The notes under the pieces were generated by a model. The model ran no database searches, was not told the origin of the DNA, and saw nothing but the letters and a program-made list of their open reading frames with translations. Both the position numbers and the translations under genes were made by a program. From positions 139,505-203,504 of the forward strand of contig JAYNIA010000001.1 of assembly GCA_038108555.1 (NCBI GenBank): DNA of 64,000 nt, written 5' to 3'. This document shows positions 39,430-49,948 of this stretch, one piece after another (the stretch's first letter is position 1; every line of letters begins with the position of its first letter). The DNA is from Nitrospinota bacterium (GTDB taxonomy: Bacteria > Nitrospinota > Nitrospinia > Nitrospinales > VA-1).

Positions 39430-41397
39430 TTGAAAATGGATTCTAAAGAGAACCCAAAGATTTTAATTGTAACCACTCCCATCAGGCCGATTCCTACAGA
39501 GTTTCCACCGCTGGGAAGCCTTTCAATTATCAGCTCTTTAAATAAAGCAGGGTTTAGCAATACTGAATTTTACAACATAGACCTCTTGCGGCCGCATTAC
39601 CAGGAAGTGCTCGACCATATACAGGAGAGCAAGCCTGACATTCTTGGAATAAGCGCTGTTGTATCTACGGCTTACGAATATTCAAAAAGGTTATCTTTAG
39701 ATATAAAAAAACTCCTTCCGCAAACAACGATAATCTTAGGCGGAAACATGGGGGCCTCAGCCGAAATCATTCTTAAAAAAACAGGAGTGGATTTCGTATG
39801 CACCGGCGAGGGTGAGCAGGTAATGGTGGAGTTTATTTCCAATTGGTTAACTGCGAAATCGAAACGGGATTTTGAATCTTTAAAGGGTTGGTCATTCCTA
39901 AATGAAGATGGGGAAATGGTTCTAACTCCTTATGCGGACTCACTTCCCGCTGAAGATATTTACGATATTGACTGGTCCATTCTTGAAGACCTGGACCAAA
40001 TGGAATATTTTATTTCTTCCCATGAAACTGCCATTAAGGATTACTCCTTTTCCCACGACACAAGGTCGTATGAGCCTCACCGAAGCGATAAAACCATGGC
40101 TCGAATACCAACCACCAAAGGTTGTGTGGCCCGTTGCACATTTTGCCATAGGTGGGACAAGGGAATTCGGTTCATTCCCGTTCCAGTTGTAATGGATCGC
40201 ATCGATTACTTTATCGAAAAATTTAACATTGGATTCATTCGTGTCGTCGATGAAAATTTTGGATCTAATAAAAAATGGCTTCTGGAATTTAAAGAGGAAA
40301 TGAAAAAACGGGACTTGCTATGGAGCGTTGGTGGCATGCGTGTCAGCACGATTACTCCGGAAATGATCAAAATGATGAAAGAAGCAGGATGCACCTCCAT
40401 ATTCTATGGAATGGAGACAGGCAGTAAAAAGATGCTTGAAATTATGGAAAAGGTTACAACAATTGAACAAAATAAAAACACCGTAAAATGGATGGCCGAA
40501 AATGACATGTTCACCATCGTACAACTCATTGTAGGTATGCCCGGAGAAACCCAGGAAACTGTTTCGGAAACCACTGAATTTGTAAATTATTTTGTGGAGC
40601 AATCCCCAAAAACAGACCCCAATGCTTTAAGCATTAATTTCGCCCAAGCACTTCCCGGAACCCCTCTTTATGAAGTCGCCCGAGGAAAAGGCCTGATTGG
40701 TCAGTCCATTGATGAAGAGGAAAAGTATCTCATTGCCATCTCTGACAGGGACGCTCGAGATGGTGAGACAACTGTAAACTTTACAGATTACCCTAAAATT
40801 TATCTGGAAAAATGGAAGTTTGATTTAAGCAACTCTGCACGCAACGCTTATATAAAAAAATGGGGGAAAAAGAATTATTACGATATCGTTCTCAATTCAC
40901 ATCGCTTTAAAGGGTTGGATCAGAAAAAAAATGAGGATTCAGGTTATTTTGCAGAACCTGCAAGAGCTCAGGAAAATAGCCTCGGCCTTACAGAAAAAAA
41001 GAAAATCGAACTTGCCAGCGATGTTGTTTCCGACACAGTCCATGATATAAAGGATGAGATAAGAATAACGGACAATAAAATACCTTCCCTGTTTTCTCTT
41101 TTGAAAAAAAAGAAAATTAGTCAAATAGCAACTTTTTATCCTCAATTGTTTTGGTCAACACGCAAATTTTCTTTAGTTTTTATTTTCCTGAACGAATGGA
41201 GAAAAAGTGGAACCATTTACGCCATAAAAATGGCTGCAAGCGCAATTAAATGGAAGCTGGATCAAATGTTCATCAAAATATCTATTAAACCGGATGACGA
41301 ACAAGTATTTTCTTTAAGAAAAGCTCTTCGCAAAAAGATGTTTCCTGTAATTTCTACGGATAATCCGGTTATGGAAAAATTACGCCTGGGAAGGTAA
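39430..41397 (+). CDS. B12-binding-domain radical SAM enzyme
   Basis: PPLGSL, ISAVVST, GEGE, KGCVARCTFC, DENF, GMETG, GMPGET. ATG alternative at 39436. Confidence 0.92.
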   Translation: MKMDSKENPKILIVTTPIRPIPTEFPPLGSLSIISSLNKAGFSNTEFYNIDLLRPHYQEVLDHIQESKPDILGISAVVSTAYEYSKRLSLDIKKLLPQTTIILGGNMGASAEIILKKTGVDFVCTGEGEQVMVEFISNWLTAKSKRDFESLKGWSFLNEDGEMVLTPYADSLPAEDIYDIDWSILEDLDQMEYFISSHETAIKDYSFSHDTRSYEPHRSDKTMARIPTTKGCVARCTFCHRWDKGIRFIPVPVVMDRIDYFIEKFNIGFIRVVDENFGSNKKWLLEFKEEMKKRDLLWSVGGMRVSTITPEMIKMMKEAGCTSIFYGMETGSKKMLEIMEKVTTIEQNKNTVKWMAENDMFTIVQLIVGMPGETQETVSETTEFVNYFVEQSPKTDPNALSINFAQALPGTPLYEVARGKGLIGQSIDEEEKYLIAISDRDARDGETTVNFTDYPKIYLEKWKFDLSNSARNAYIKKWGKKNYYDIVLNSHRFKGLDQKKNEDSGYFAEPARAQENSLGLTEKKKIELASDVVSDTVHDIKDEIRITDNKIPSLFSLLKKKKISQIATFYPQLFWSTRKFSLVFIFLNEWRKSGTIYAIKMAASAIKWKLDQMFIKISIKPDDEQVFSLRKALRKKMFPVISTDNPVMEKLRLGR

Positions 41398-41419
41398 TTC
41401 AATCAATAAAGGGACTCCA

Positions 41420-42331
41420 ATGACATTTAACAGGCTAGCCTCCGAAATTTCTGAAAAGTGTAATGAAGCTATCTTAATAAGCGGTAGCGCCAGAAGTGGC
41501 ACAACCATACTCTCAAAGATCCTCCATTCCTTCAAAAATGTTGAGTTGGCATACGAACCCCCTGTTCTGTTTTCCCTGTTCGCCTTACTTCCTGAGCTTG
41601 AAGAAAAGCAGTGGCGGTTGCTATATGAAACTTTTCTTTATGAAGAGTTTTTTATAAATGCGCTTTCCGGCAGGTCTATTAACTGCAACCGCAAAGATGA
41701 TAGCTCGGTTTATCGGGTAAAAAATGAATCAGAGATAGAAAAAAGATTAAATCAATACATAAGGAAACCTGATTCGGAGATATTAGGGCAATCAAGTTGG
41801 ATTGCTTACAAAATTCCCGACGTTGTAAAATATTTACCCAAATTAAAAAAATTATATCCCAAAACAAAATTAATAATAATGACCCGGGATCCAGTGGAAA
41901 CTTTTCATTCCCTACGTGAAAAGGCTTGGTTCAGTGATGCCTCTCTCAAAAATAAAAATGAAATTTGGCCCAACCGCATCATTAAGGGATTTCGAATCCC
42001 CTTTTGGGTTGACCAGAAAGATGAAAGGGCATGGGTGGAAATGGACGAACTCCATCGCATTGCCTATTACTATCACCAAGTGAGCCATGAATTAAAAGAA
42101 CTCCAGGACTATATTCAAATAAATTATGATGATTTGGTGAACGACCCTTATAAAACGATCACTGGCCTGGCAGAAAAACTCGGTTTAAGTTTTGGGGAAA
42201 AAACAGAAGAAATTCTCAAAACAGTATCAAGAACTAAAAAGGACAGAGACCCCGATATTTTAAAAAAATTGTCACCTGAAATTCAATCTCAGGTTCAGCA
42301 TTATGCTGAGTTGAGCACAATGACCACTTAA
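41420..42331 (+). CDS. PAPS-dependent sulfotransferase
   Basis: ISGSARSGTT, YEPP, MTRDPVETFHS, INYDDLVNDP. Confidence 0.85.
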   Translation: MTFNRLASEISEKCNEAILISGSARSGTTILSKILHSFKNVELAYEPPVLFSLFALLPELEEKQWRLLYETFLYEEFFINALSGRSINCNRKDDSSVYRVKNESEIEKRLNQYIRKPDSEILGQSSWIAYKIPDVVKYLPKLKKLYPKTKLIIMTRDPVETFHSLREKAWFSDASLKNKNEIWPNRIIKGFRIPFWVDQKDERAWVEMDELHRIAYYYHQVSHELKELQDYIQINYDDLVNDPYKTITGLAEKLGLSFGEKTEEILKTVSRTKKDRDPDILKKLSPEIQSQVQHYAELSTMTT

Positions 42332-42381
42332 AACTGGGATGAGTAATGTAAGAAATACTCTGGACTAAATTTTCCTTAAAT

Positions 42382-44517
42382 TTAATTTGCAAGCGTATAC
42401 TTTGTCATTGCCGCCTGTGTATTGTTAAAAATCCCTCTTATGGGCGAACCATTTTTACTTATCTTTCGAAACTGGCTTTCAAGGCTGGTAATTCTTGTCA
42501 CAATTTTTGACAATGCATTGACATCGGTTCCATATCGAGAGAACTGATCATTTCGCGTCCTAAGCTGTTCTTCATCATATTCAAATTGAAAGGAAATTGG
42601 AGATTCTACTCGAAAATCCCTTAGAGGCTTTTCATGATCGCTATCTAACCAGTCCAAAACATCAAAATTGAGATTAACCGAGACAGGGGATAGATCGGCT
42701 TCCACATCAAAAAGGCCTGCCAGTTTATTTCTGCAAAATTTTGCTATTTCACCGATTTCGATTTCCGACTGTTCTAGAGGGGAATTTTCTTCTTTTTTCT
42801 CCCTGCAAATAGCATTTAATTGCTCGCTAATAAAATCTATCCATTCCGAAGATGCAAAAACAACGTTTAGTGCCTTGTATTTATAAATTAAATTTCCTCC
42901 GACTTTTCCTGATTTTAAAAGGTGATAATTCTTTTCTTGCTGATAAAATTCAACTAGCTCTTTCTCTGAATTCCACAATTCTCCTTTGGTTTCTCCTAAA
43001 AAGTTTTCTAAATTTCGCTGGACGGAATTGGGAGCACTTTTTATATTGTCATATATTCTTCTTAAAAATTCTGTTCGCCCGACTCCCAGATTTTCCGCAT
43101 AAATGAAAAACTCTTCGAAAGCTCGTCCATTGATTAATGATTCAATCATTAAAGCGAAACCACGCAAATTGAGATAATCGTCAAACGACATATCTTTGGT
43201 TTGAATGCCAACCTCTTCAAAATCAAAAATTTTCTTTCCATCATATTCTCCGAAATTCAGGGGAACAATCCGAAATCGCCCTTTAATATCGAACTCTTTT
43301 CGGTAATGGGTATCTTTGAATTCTGTTCCATTCAATAACATCAAGGTATATATAGTGATTGAAGTTACTCCAGAATTTATCAAGTCATCAATGCCACGCA
43401 AAAAGGTTTCTCTAGTTTCTCCTGGAAGAGGAAGAATTATTTCAGCCTTGGTGGATCGTCCGTTTTGCTGCAAACTCTTATTTACTTCAATATAATCTTC
43501 CAGATTTATATTTGACCTTTTAATTTTTTCCAGGACATTGTCATTCATGGATTGCACTGACATATTAACGGCAAACATATTTCCCAGAATTCCGGTAATT
43601 TCAACTACCCGTTTTTTATTGTTCTTCCCGGTAGTAGCCATTATTTGAAGAGGCCATCCATACTTTTCCTTGCTTTCTTTTAAAGCCAGACAAACTTCTC
43701 GATCACGGGGATACATTCCAAAGTTTGTATCGGCTATGTGTAAATTCGTGATCCCAAGTTCTTGGGCTCGAGGTCCAATAAATCGAATTTCCTCATGGAT
43801 CCGGTCGGTCGAAAAAGTATTGGTTTTTTGGAAATGATCGTTTCCGGTATGACAAAAGGAACATCTAAAAGGGCATCCTCGGTTAGTTTCAATAAAAGGT
43901 GTTAATTTCCCGTCAAAAAATACATCCATCATGCCAGTTAAGTAAGGGGAGGGTATTTCATCCAAATTTTTTATTCTTTCCAGAACATTTCCCTTTACTA
44001 ATTTAGGGAAAGCTGTAGGTTCTTTCTTTGAACTTAGGAATGCGGTCCCATCAATCGGCGAATCAAAAATCCTCGCCTTATCCATATCGCTGTCGAAAAC
44101 TCGCTGGATAATATTTTGAAGTGCTTTTTCACCTTCAAATAAAACATGGATGTCAGTATTAGGACGGGCAATTAAAAATTCTTTTTGCTGTTCGTCTTCG
44201 TGCGGGAAATTGGTTCCTCCCTGTACAGTTATGACATCGGGATTTGCTTTTTTCGCAATTCCCAGGACATGTTCTGACAGATTACTGTTCCAGGAATAAT
44301 TACTGCATGCAATAACATCAGGTGGGTTTTTCTTTATTTCCTCTATAACCCGCTTTGGATATTTAAAAAGAGAGAGGTTTATCTGATCCCCAAAAATCTT
44401 TTTTACATACGACCCCACAAACCCGATATTGACAGGCATGGTATCAGAAACCAGAATAATCGTGTCATAGGTTAAATCGCATAATATAATATTCAAAGAT
44501 TTCTTTAAATTTATCAT
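42382..44517 (-). CDS. B12-binding-domain radical SAM enzyme
   Basis: PVNIGFV, SNYSWN, GGTN, FEGE, ETNRGCPFRCSFC, ADTNFGM, LPLPGET. Confidence 0.92.
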   Translation of the reverse strand: MINLKKSLNIILCDLTYDTIILVSDTMPVNIGFVGSYVKKIFGDQINLSLFKYPKRVIEEIKKNPPDVIACSNYSWNSNLSEHVLGIAKKANPDVITVQGGTNFPHEDEQQKEFLIARPNTDIHVLFEGEKALQNIIQRVFDSDMDKARIFDSPIDGTAFLSSKKEPTAFPKLVKGNVLERIKNLDEIPSPYLTGMMDVFFDGKLTPFIETNRGCPFRCSFCHTGNDHFQKTNTFSTDRIHEEIRFIGPRAQELGITNLHIADTNFGMYPRDREVCLALKESKEKYGWPLQIMATTGKNNKKRVVEITGILGNMFAVNMSVQSMNDNVLEKIKRSNINLEDYIEVNKSLQQNGRSTKAEIILPLPGETRETFLRGIDDLINSGVTSITIYTLMLLNGTEFKDTHYRKEFDIKGRFRIVPLNFGEYDGKKIFDFEEVGIQTKDMSFDDYLNLRGFALMIESLINGRAFEEFFIYAENLGVGRTEFLRRIYDNIKSAPNSVQRNLENFLGETKGELWNSEKELVEFYQQEKNYHLLKSGKVGGNLIYKYKALNVVFASSEWIDFISEQLNAICREKKEENSPLEQSEIEIGEIAKFCRNKLAGLFDVEADLSPVSVNLNFDVLDWLDSDHEKPLRDFRVESPISFQFEYDEEQLRTRNDQFSRYGTDVNALSKIVTRITSLESQFRKISKNGSPIRGIFNNTQAAMTKYTLAN

Positions 44518-44881
44518 TGATTCGCTACCTGCATTCTTTATTTGACAGGGTTATTTTAAAAGAAACGTACTAAACTCACCGGGAAAAATGATAACCCTCA
44601 ACCTATTCCTTTTTCGCCAATTATTTGAGGTTTCTTTCCATTTATCCGGGGCAAACATAAAATTTGTAAAAGGATTTTATACAAAAAAATCAATGGTTTT
44701 CTGTTTCTTTTTACCTGAAGACACATTCTCAAGGATTTTCCACCGTCTCGTCAATTATAAACTTGTTTTTCAGAAAAAAGTAACATTTGAAAACAAACAA
44801 ATGATGACCCTGGATAAACAAGAGTAAAAATAGCAATAAATTAATGGTTTTTTCAAACATTGGGGGCCATTAAATGCTAAC

Positions 44882-44910
44882 TTGGAAAATTCGAGGAAAA
44901 TGGTTATAAT
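44882..44910 (+). promoter_or_regulatory. Candidate sigma70 promoter for the amidotransferase operon
   Basis: TTGGAA, 17 bp spacer, TATAAT. Confidence 0.5.
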
Positions 44911-45108
44911 TTATTCAATAATTTAATTTTTTCTCCATAGTTTTAATGAGTTAAATCCTTCAAAGAATATTTTCAATAAAGTTCAGAACGGTCCGGTTCA
45001 ATCAACCCCCATTAATTTTGCAACAATTGAAAAACCCATTTTATTCAAGAACCTAAGGTAGAATTCTTGAAAAAAAGCACAAAGCATATTGATTTTTAGG
45101 AAATGTAA

Positions 45109-46224
45109 ATGAGCAAGGAGGTTTTTTGGTGTAAAAATTGTTTAAACATGTCAACCAGACCTCGTATTAAATTTGATGAACGAGGTTGGTGCAATGCCTG
45201 CCAATGGATGGAGGAAAAGAAAACACTGGATTGGGACGCCCGTCAAGAGGAACTAAAGACCATCCTTCAAAAATATAGATCAAAAAATAATGGATTTGAT
45301 TGCATTGTACCTGTCAGCGGCGGAAAAGATGGGTCTTATGTATCCTATAAACTCAAGCACGAATATGGAATGAATCCACTAGCAGTTACGGTTACCCCTG
45401 CCCTCTCCCTGGAACTGGGAAACGAAAACCTTAGAAACTATATCAATAGTGGCTATAACCTGATCCAGATCAATCCCGATGCAGAAGTAATGCGCAAACT
45501 TAATAAATTGGGATTATTTGAAAAAGGTTTTCCATATTTTGGATGGCTGGTAACAGTTTTATCTGCGGTGGTCCGTGTAGCCGTAAATTTCAATATCCCC
45601 CTTATTTTTTATGCAGAAGACGGTGAAGTTGAATATGGCGGGTCTTCTGAAAACAAAAATAGGGCTATGTTTGATTTTGAATATATTCGCAGGGTTTATT
45701 TTGAAGCGGGCCAGGATAAAGTTCTTAAAGCCTCCGGCCTGAGTGATTCCGAACTTTACTTTTTCAGATTCCCGACAGAAGAAGAATTAAAAGGAAAAGA
45801 GCTGAGCCTAACTCATTGGTCTTACTTTGAAGCCTGGAACCCCTATAAAAATTATCTTATTGCCAAAGAACATTGCGGGCTTCAAGAGGCTGAAGATAGT
45901 AATAGCGGAACTTTTACAAATTTTTCCCAAAATGATCAAGCCCTCTATGCCCTGCACACATATATAATGTATCTGAAGTTCGGTTTTGGGAGAGCAACTC
46001 AAGATGCAGGAATTGAAATTAGAAGAGGAGCTATGACAAGAGATCAGGCTATTAATCTTGTTCGATTATATGACGGGCAATATCCTGAAGAGTTTATAGA
46101 TACTTACCTTGAGTATTACCAAATAAATAAAGAGGAACTGGATCAGGCTCTGGACAAATGGGCCAATCAGGATTTATTTGATAAAGTGGATGGAAGATGG
46201 GAACCCAAATTTCAAATTGAGTGA
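45109..46224 (+). CDS. N-acetyl sugar amidotransferase (WbuX/PseA/PtmG family)
   Basis: CKNC..CNAC Zn motif, PP-loop VSGGKDGS, YLKFGFGRA. Confidence 0.9.
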   Translation: MSKEVFWCKNCLNMSTRPRIKFDERGWCNACQWMEEKKTLDWDARQEELKTILQKYRSKNNGFDCIVPVSGGKDGSYVSYKLKHEYGMNPLAVTVTPALSLELGNENLRNYINSGYNLIQINPDAEVMRKLNKLGLFEKGFPYFGWLVTVLSAVVRVAVNFNIPLIFYAEDGEVEYGGSSENKNRAMFDFEYIRRVYFEAGQDKVLKASGLSDSELYFFRFPTEEELKGKELSLTHWSYFEAWNPYKNYLIAKEHCGLQEAEDSNSGTFTNFSQNDQALYALHTYIMYLKFGFGRATQDAGIEIRRGAMTRDQAINLVRLYDGQYPEEFIDTYLEYYQINKEELDQALDKWANQDLFDKVDGRWEPKFQIE

Positions 46225-46850
46225 TGGGCGAAAAAAATATCACGATTGTAGATTATGGAATGGGAAATGTTTGGTCCGTTTTCAGCGCATTGAAATTTCT
46301 GGGAGCGAAACCTAAACTTGTTTCGGATGCAGAAAAAATTTCTAAGTCCGGAATACTTGTTTTACCTGGTGTAGGATCTTTTAAAAAAGGCATGGAAGCC
46401 TTAAAAAGTCGTGGGCTTGATGAAGCTTTAATTGATGCGGTGAAAACAAAGGGCAGCAGGATTCTCGGAATCTGCCTAGGCATGCAACTAATGGGATCTG
46501 TTGGAACCGAAGGTGGAGAAACTCTTGGACTTGGTTTTTTTCCTAATCGAATTGAACGTTTTACTCCCCAGGAACTGGGAGAAAACAAAGCCCCTCATGT
46601 AGGTTTTAATCCGGTTCGCTTCAATGAAAGGAATGGATTGTTTAATGAATTGTCTCTTGAATCGGATTTTTACTTTACCCATTCTTACCGCATGCTTCCC
46701 GAAAAAATAGTAGGAAGATATGGAACATGTTTTTATGGTATCAATTTTCTTGCTGCATTTGAGCTAGATAATATTTGCGGCACCCAATTCCACCCAGAGA
46801 AAAGCCAAACCAATGGTTTAATCCTGCTCCGCAATTTTTTAATGGCGTAA
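46224..46850 (+). CDS. HisH-like glutamine amidotransferase (WbuY-like)
   Basis: DYGMGN, LPGVGSF, GICLGMQ, QFHPEKS. Confidence 0.9.
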   Translation: MGEKNITIVDYGMGNVWSVFSALKFLGAKPKLVSDAEKISKSGILVLPGVGSFKKGMEALKSRGLDEALIDAVKTKGSRILGICLGMQLMGSVGTEGGETLGLGFFPNRIERFTPQELGENKAPHVGFNPVRFNERNGLFNELSLESDFYFTHSYRMLPEKIVGRYGTCFYGINFLAAFELDNICGTQFHPEKSQTNGLILLRNFLMA

Positions 46851-46855
46851 TTAAA

Positions 46856-47662
46856 TTGCTAAAAAAACGTGTCATTTTTACTTTGTTGTACGACAGAGGC
46901 TCTTTTATGCTGAGTAGAAACTTTCGTTTGCAAAAAGTGGGGAATCTGAATTGGTTACAAAAAAATTATAACTTTTCTCAAATCGCCTTTTCCATTGATG
47001 AACTGGTTGTCCTAAATGTTTCTCGAGGCGAGTATGATGAAGAAAAGTTTTTTGAACATGTCCGCTTACTAAATGAAGAATGCTTTATCCCCATTGCTGC
47101 GGGGGGTGGCATTCGGACTTTAAATCAGGCCCGAAAACTTTTGCGCTCAGGTGCAGATAAGATCACTGTAAACACGCTGATCGCGGAAGCACCCGATATT
47201 ATCTGTCAAATAGCAGAAGAATTTGGAGAACAATGTGTTGTCGCCTCAATCGATGTTAAAAAAGTTGAAAATACGTTCACCATTTGGACAGAAAACGGTT
47301 TTTGTCGGCAAAAGAAAAATTTAGAACAATGGTTGGATCGGGTTTTCAAACTGCCAGTAGGCGAGCTTTATCTCAACTCAATTGATCAGGATGGAACAGG
47401 CCATGGGTATATGATGGAATTGCTGGACTACATTCCACCAACCGTATCAATCCCTGTAATCCTTGCTGGAGGGGCTGGAAACCATCATCATCTGAGCGTT
47501 GGCCTAAATGATCCCCGGATCGATGCAGTGGCGACAGCCCATCTATTTAATTTCGTAGGCGATGGATTGGAAAAAGCCCGCTCTAAATTATTTACAGAAG
47601 GGTTTAACCTTGCCAAATGGGATGCCCAAAAAGCAAAAGATCTAAAAGAATCTGTTAATTGA
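46856..47662 (+). CDS. HisF-like ammonia-channel protein (WbuZ-like)
   Basis: DELVVL, PIAAGGGIRT, GADK, SIDQDGTG, AGGAG. Probable TTG start at 46856. Confidence 0.88.
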   Translation: MLKKRVIFTLLYDRGSFMLSRNFRLQKVGNLNWLQKNYNFSQIAFSIDELVVLNVSRGEYDEEKFFEHVRLLNEECFIPIAAGGGIRTLNQARKLLRSGADKITVNTLIAEAPDIICQIAEEFGEQCVVASIDVKKVENTFTIWTENGFCRQKKNLEQWLDRVFKLPVGELYLNSIDQDGTGHGYMMELLDYIPPTVSIPVILAGGAGNHHHLSVGLNDPRIDAVATAHLFNFVGDGLEKARSKLFTEGFNLAKWDAQKAKDLKESVN

Positions 47663-48900
47663 ATAACAAATTCCTAGATTCAAAAATATTTTATAAGCTT
47701 TTTGATTTGGAAAATATAGCAATAAGAAAAATAGTAATTTTTGTCGGCACTCCCTTTACCAAGAGAGATTATGAGCGCTTTGGGGGTGAGATTCTTAGGG
47801 AAAACGGATTTGAGGTCTGGTTTTATGATTTTTCTCCAGTCCTATATCCAAAACTTTTTACCAATTGCGTTTACCCTGATCTATACCAACCCAAAAACTA
47901 TGTTCGGTTTTTGGATGAATGCCAAATTAAAAAACAAATCGAAGAGCTTACCCCTGATACTTTTATAGTTACAACCCTTATTTATGGTTCAGACACCCAT
48001 AAAATCTATAAATCACTTTCAAAAACAAAAATTCCTTATTGCCTCTTACCCCAATCTACATTCCCTATTGGTAACAGGAAATTTAATTCTAAATTTATAA
48101 GCCTTGTAAAAAAAATATTTAAATTCCGTATGGATTCGGTAAAAAATATTTTGTACAAACCCAAGTTTTCAAAGTTTTGGGGAATCCGCCCTCCAGAATT
48201 TTGCATCATTGCAAATGAAAACTCACTTAGGAGTAATAAGGCTAAAGGTCTTATAGGGGCGAGAACAAAAATTTTATGGGCCCACTCATTGGATTACAAT
48301 ACGTTCCTTAAAAACAATAAAAATAACAACAAGGTATTTCGGAATCATGCTGTTTTCCTAGATTCACAGGCACCTTTATTTCCTGGGGACTCTTTAGCCA
48401 TGGGCTTTAAACATCCCTTAACAGTTGAAAAATATTTCCCCTCTATTTGTCGGTTTTTTGATTTTGTTGAAAAACAACTGAATATCAAAGTCAAAATTGC
48501 AGCGCATCCAAAATCCAACCACCCTACTTACCCGGATTATTATGGAAATAGAGAAACTCTATCGGGAGCTACTTTTGGAATGATAAAAAATTCTAGCCTT
48601 GTAATTTCTCAAGGTAGCACCGCAATTCAATTTGCAATTTTATTGAAAAAGCCAATTTTTTTTCTAACAACAAATGAACTTGAGAAAGATCCTATTTTTT
48701 CATCCGATATTAAAGCCTTCGCAAATTCATTGGGCAAGGAACCCATCAATATTGATGAGCCCTTTTTTGTGGATTGGGAAAAAGAATTACTGGTGGATGA
48801 AAAAGTTTACGATGAATACATTAATATCTATATTAAAAAAAGAGGGACAGAAGAGTTAAACACCTGGCAAATTTTGGCAAATCAACTAAAAGCTATGTAA
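47659..48900 (+). CDS. Hypothetical protein, probable GT-B-like ulosonate transferase
   Basis: VFLD, IAAHPKS (HP motif), SQGSTA..KKPI; overlaps the HisF-like stop. Confidence 0.55.
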   Translation: MNNKFLDSKIFYKLFDLENIAIRKIVIFVGTPFTKRDYERFGGEILRENGFEVWFYDFSPVLYPKLFTNCVYPDLYQPKNYVRFLDECQIKKQIEELTPDTFIVTTLIYGSDTHKIYKSLSKTKIPYCLLPQSTFPIGNRKFNSKFISLVKKIFKFRMDSVKNILYKPKFSKFWGIRPPEFCIIANENSLRSNKAKGLIGARTKILWAHSLDYNTFLKNNKNNNKVFRNHAVFLDSQAPLFPGDSLAMGFKHPLTVEKYFPSICRFFDFVEKQLNIKVKIAAHPKSNHPTYPDYYGNRETLSGATFGMIKNSSLVISQGSTAIQFAILLKKPIFFLTTNELEKDPIFSSDIKAFANSLGKEPINIDEPFFVDWEKELLVDEKVYDEYINIYIKKRGTEELNTWQILANQLKAM

Positions 48901-49007
48901 AGGAAAAATTGATTAGCTGTTCGAAAACATTGGCATTGTTCTTAATAAATCATTTCCTTATATGTAAAGCGGATCAGAAAATATAATATATCTCGAGAAG
49001 TTTTCTT

Positions 49008-49670
49008 ATGAAAAAAATTGTTCTTTTTGGAAGCGGGGGACATGCAAAGGTAATTGCGGATATTATTGAGAAAGAAAGTCGTTGCAAAATTTGTGGAATA
49101 ATTGATCCTCAAAAATCTATTGGATCCAAAATTTTGGGATATCCCGTCCTTGGAACCGAAAATGAACTACCTAATATAATTAAAAAGTTTTGTATTGATG
49201 GAGGAATCATTGCAATTGGAGACAACTGGAAAAGGCACTTGATAGCCCAAATTGTTTTAAAATTAGCTCCTGAATTTAAATTTTTTAGCACAATACATCC
49301 TTCGGCCCAAATAGCCAAACAGGTTACTCTGGGAAAAGGCACGGTAGTAATGCCTGGGGCAGTTATTAATCCCGGAACAAAGATTGGGGAGTTTTGTATT
49401 ATAAACACCAACTCATCTATAGATCACGACAACATTGTTGGGAACTACTCCAGTATTATGCCTAATGCTGCAACCGGTGGAAATGTAAAGGTGGGTGATT
49501 TTTCTGCCTTGGGAATGGGTTGCAGCATCTTACAAAACATTCAAATTGGAGCACAGAACGTGATTGGGGCCGGCACCATCATACTTGAAAACACCCCTGA
49601 TAATGCAGTAGTTTTTGGGTCGCCTGCAAAGGTAATAAAAATCAGGAAACCAGGGGACCCTTACCTTTGA
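49008..49670 (+). CDS. NeuD/PglD-type sugar acetyltransferase
   Basis: GSGGHAKV, IAIGDN..R, IHPSA, hexapeptide repeats, DHD, GSPAK. Confidence 0.92.
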   Translation: MKKIVLFGSGGHAKVIADIIEKESRCKICGIIDPQKSIGSKILGYPVLGTENELPNIIKKFCIDGGIIAIGDNWKRHLIAQIVLKLAPEFKFFSTIHPSAQIAKQVTLGKGTVVMPGAVINPGTKIGEFCIINTNSSIDHDNIVGNYSSIMPNAATGGNVKVGDFSALGMGCSILQNIQIGAQNVIGAGTIILENTPDNAVVFGSPAKVIKIRKPGDPYL

Positions 49671-49948
49671 AATTTTATTAAAAGGAAATTTAAAATCCTT
49701 TAAAAGCATTTGGAAGCCTAGCACAAATCTTTAAACATACTCTAAAAAGGGAAACAGCCACTCCGAGCTATGTTTATTCATTCTCTCCTAATATTTCTTG
49801 AAAACCCGGCCCATTTATACAAACATATATGATATAACCGTTAAGAAATTGTTTTTAAAAGGGAAACCCCTTTACCATTTATTTGCCCTTTTACGCTCTA
49901 TTTTTAAAATCTAATATTTACCATAAATAATTGTAAATTTGGTTAACT

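Noticed and set aside
44588..44827. 79-aa ORF in a divergent intergenic region
   Set aside because: F/K-rich, no recognisable motif; likely promoter DNA.
46224..47662. Histidine biosynthesis hisH/hisF
   Set aside because: Coupled to a sugar amidotransferase with no other his genes; better explained as WbuY/WbuZ-type paralogues.
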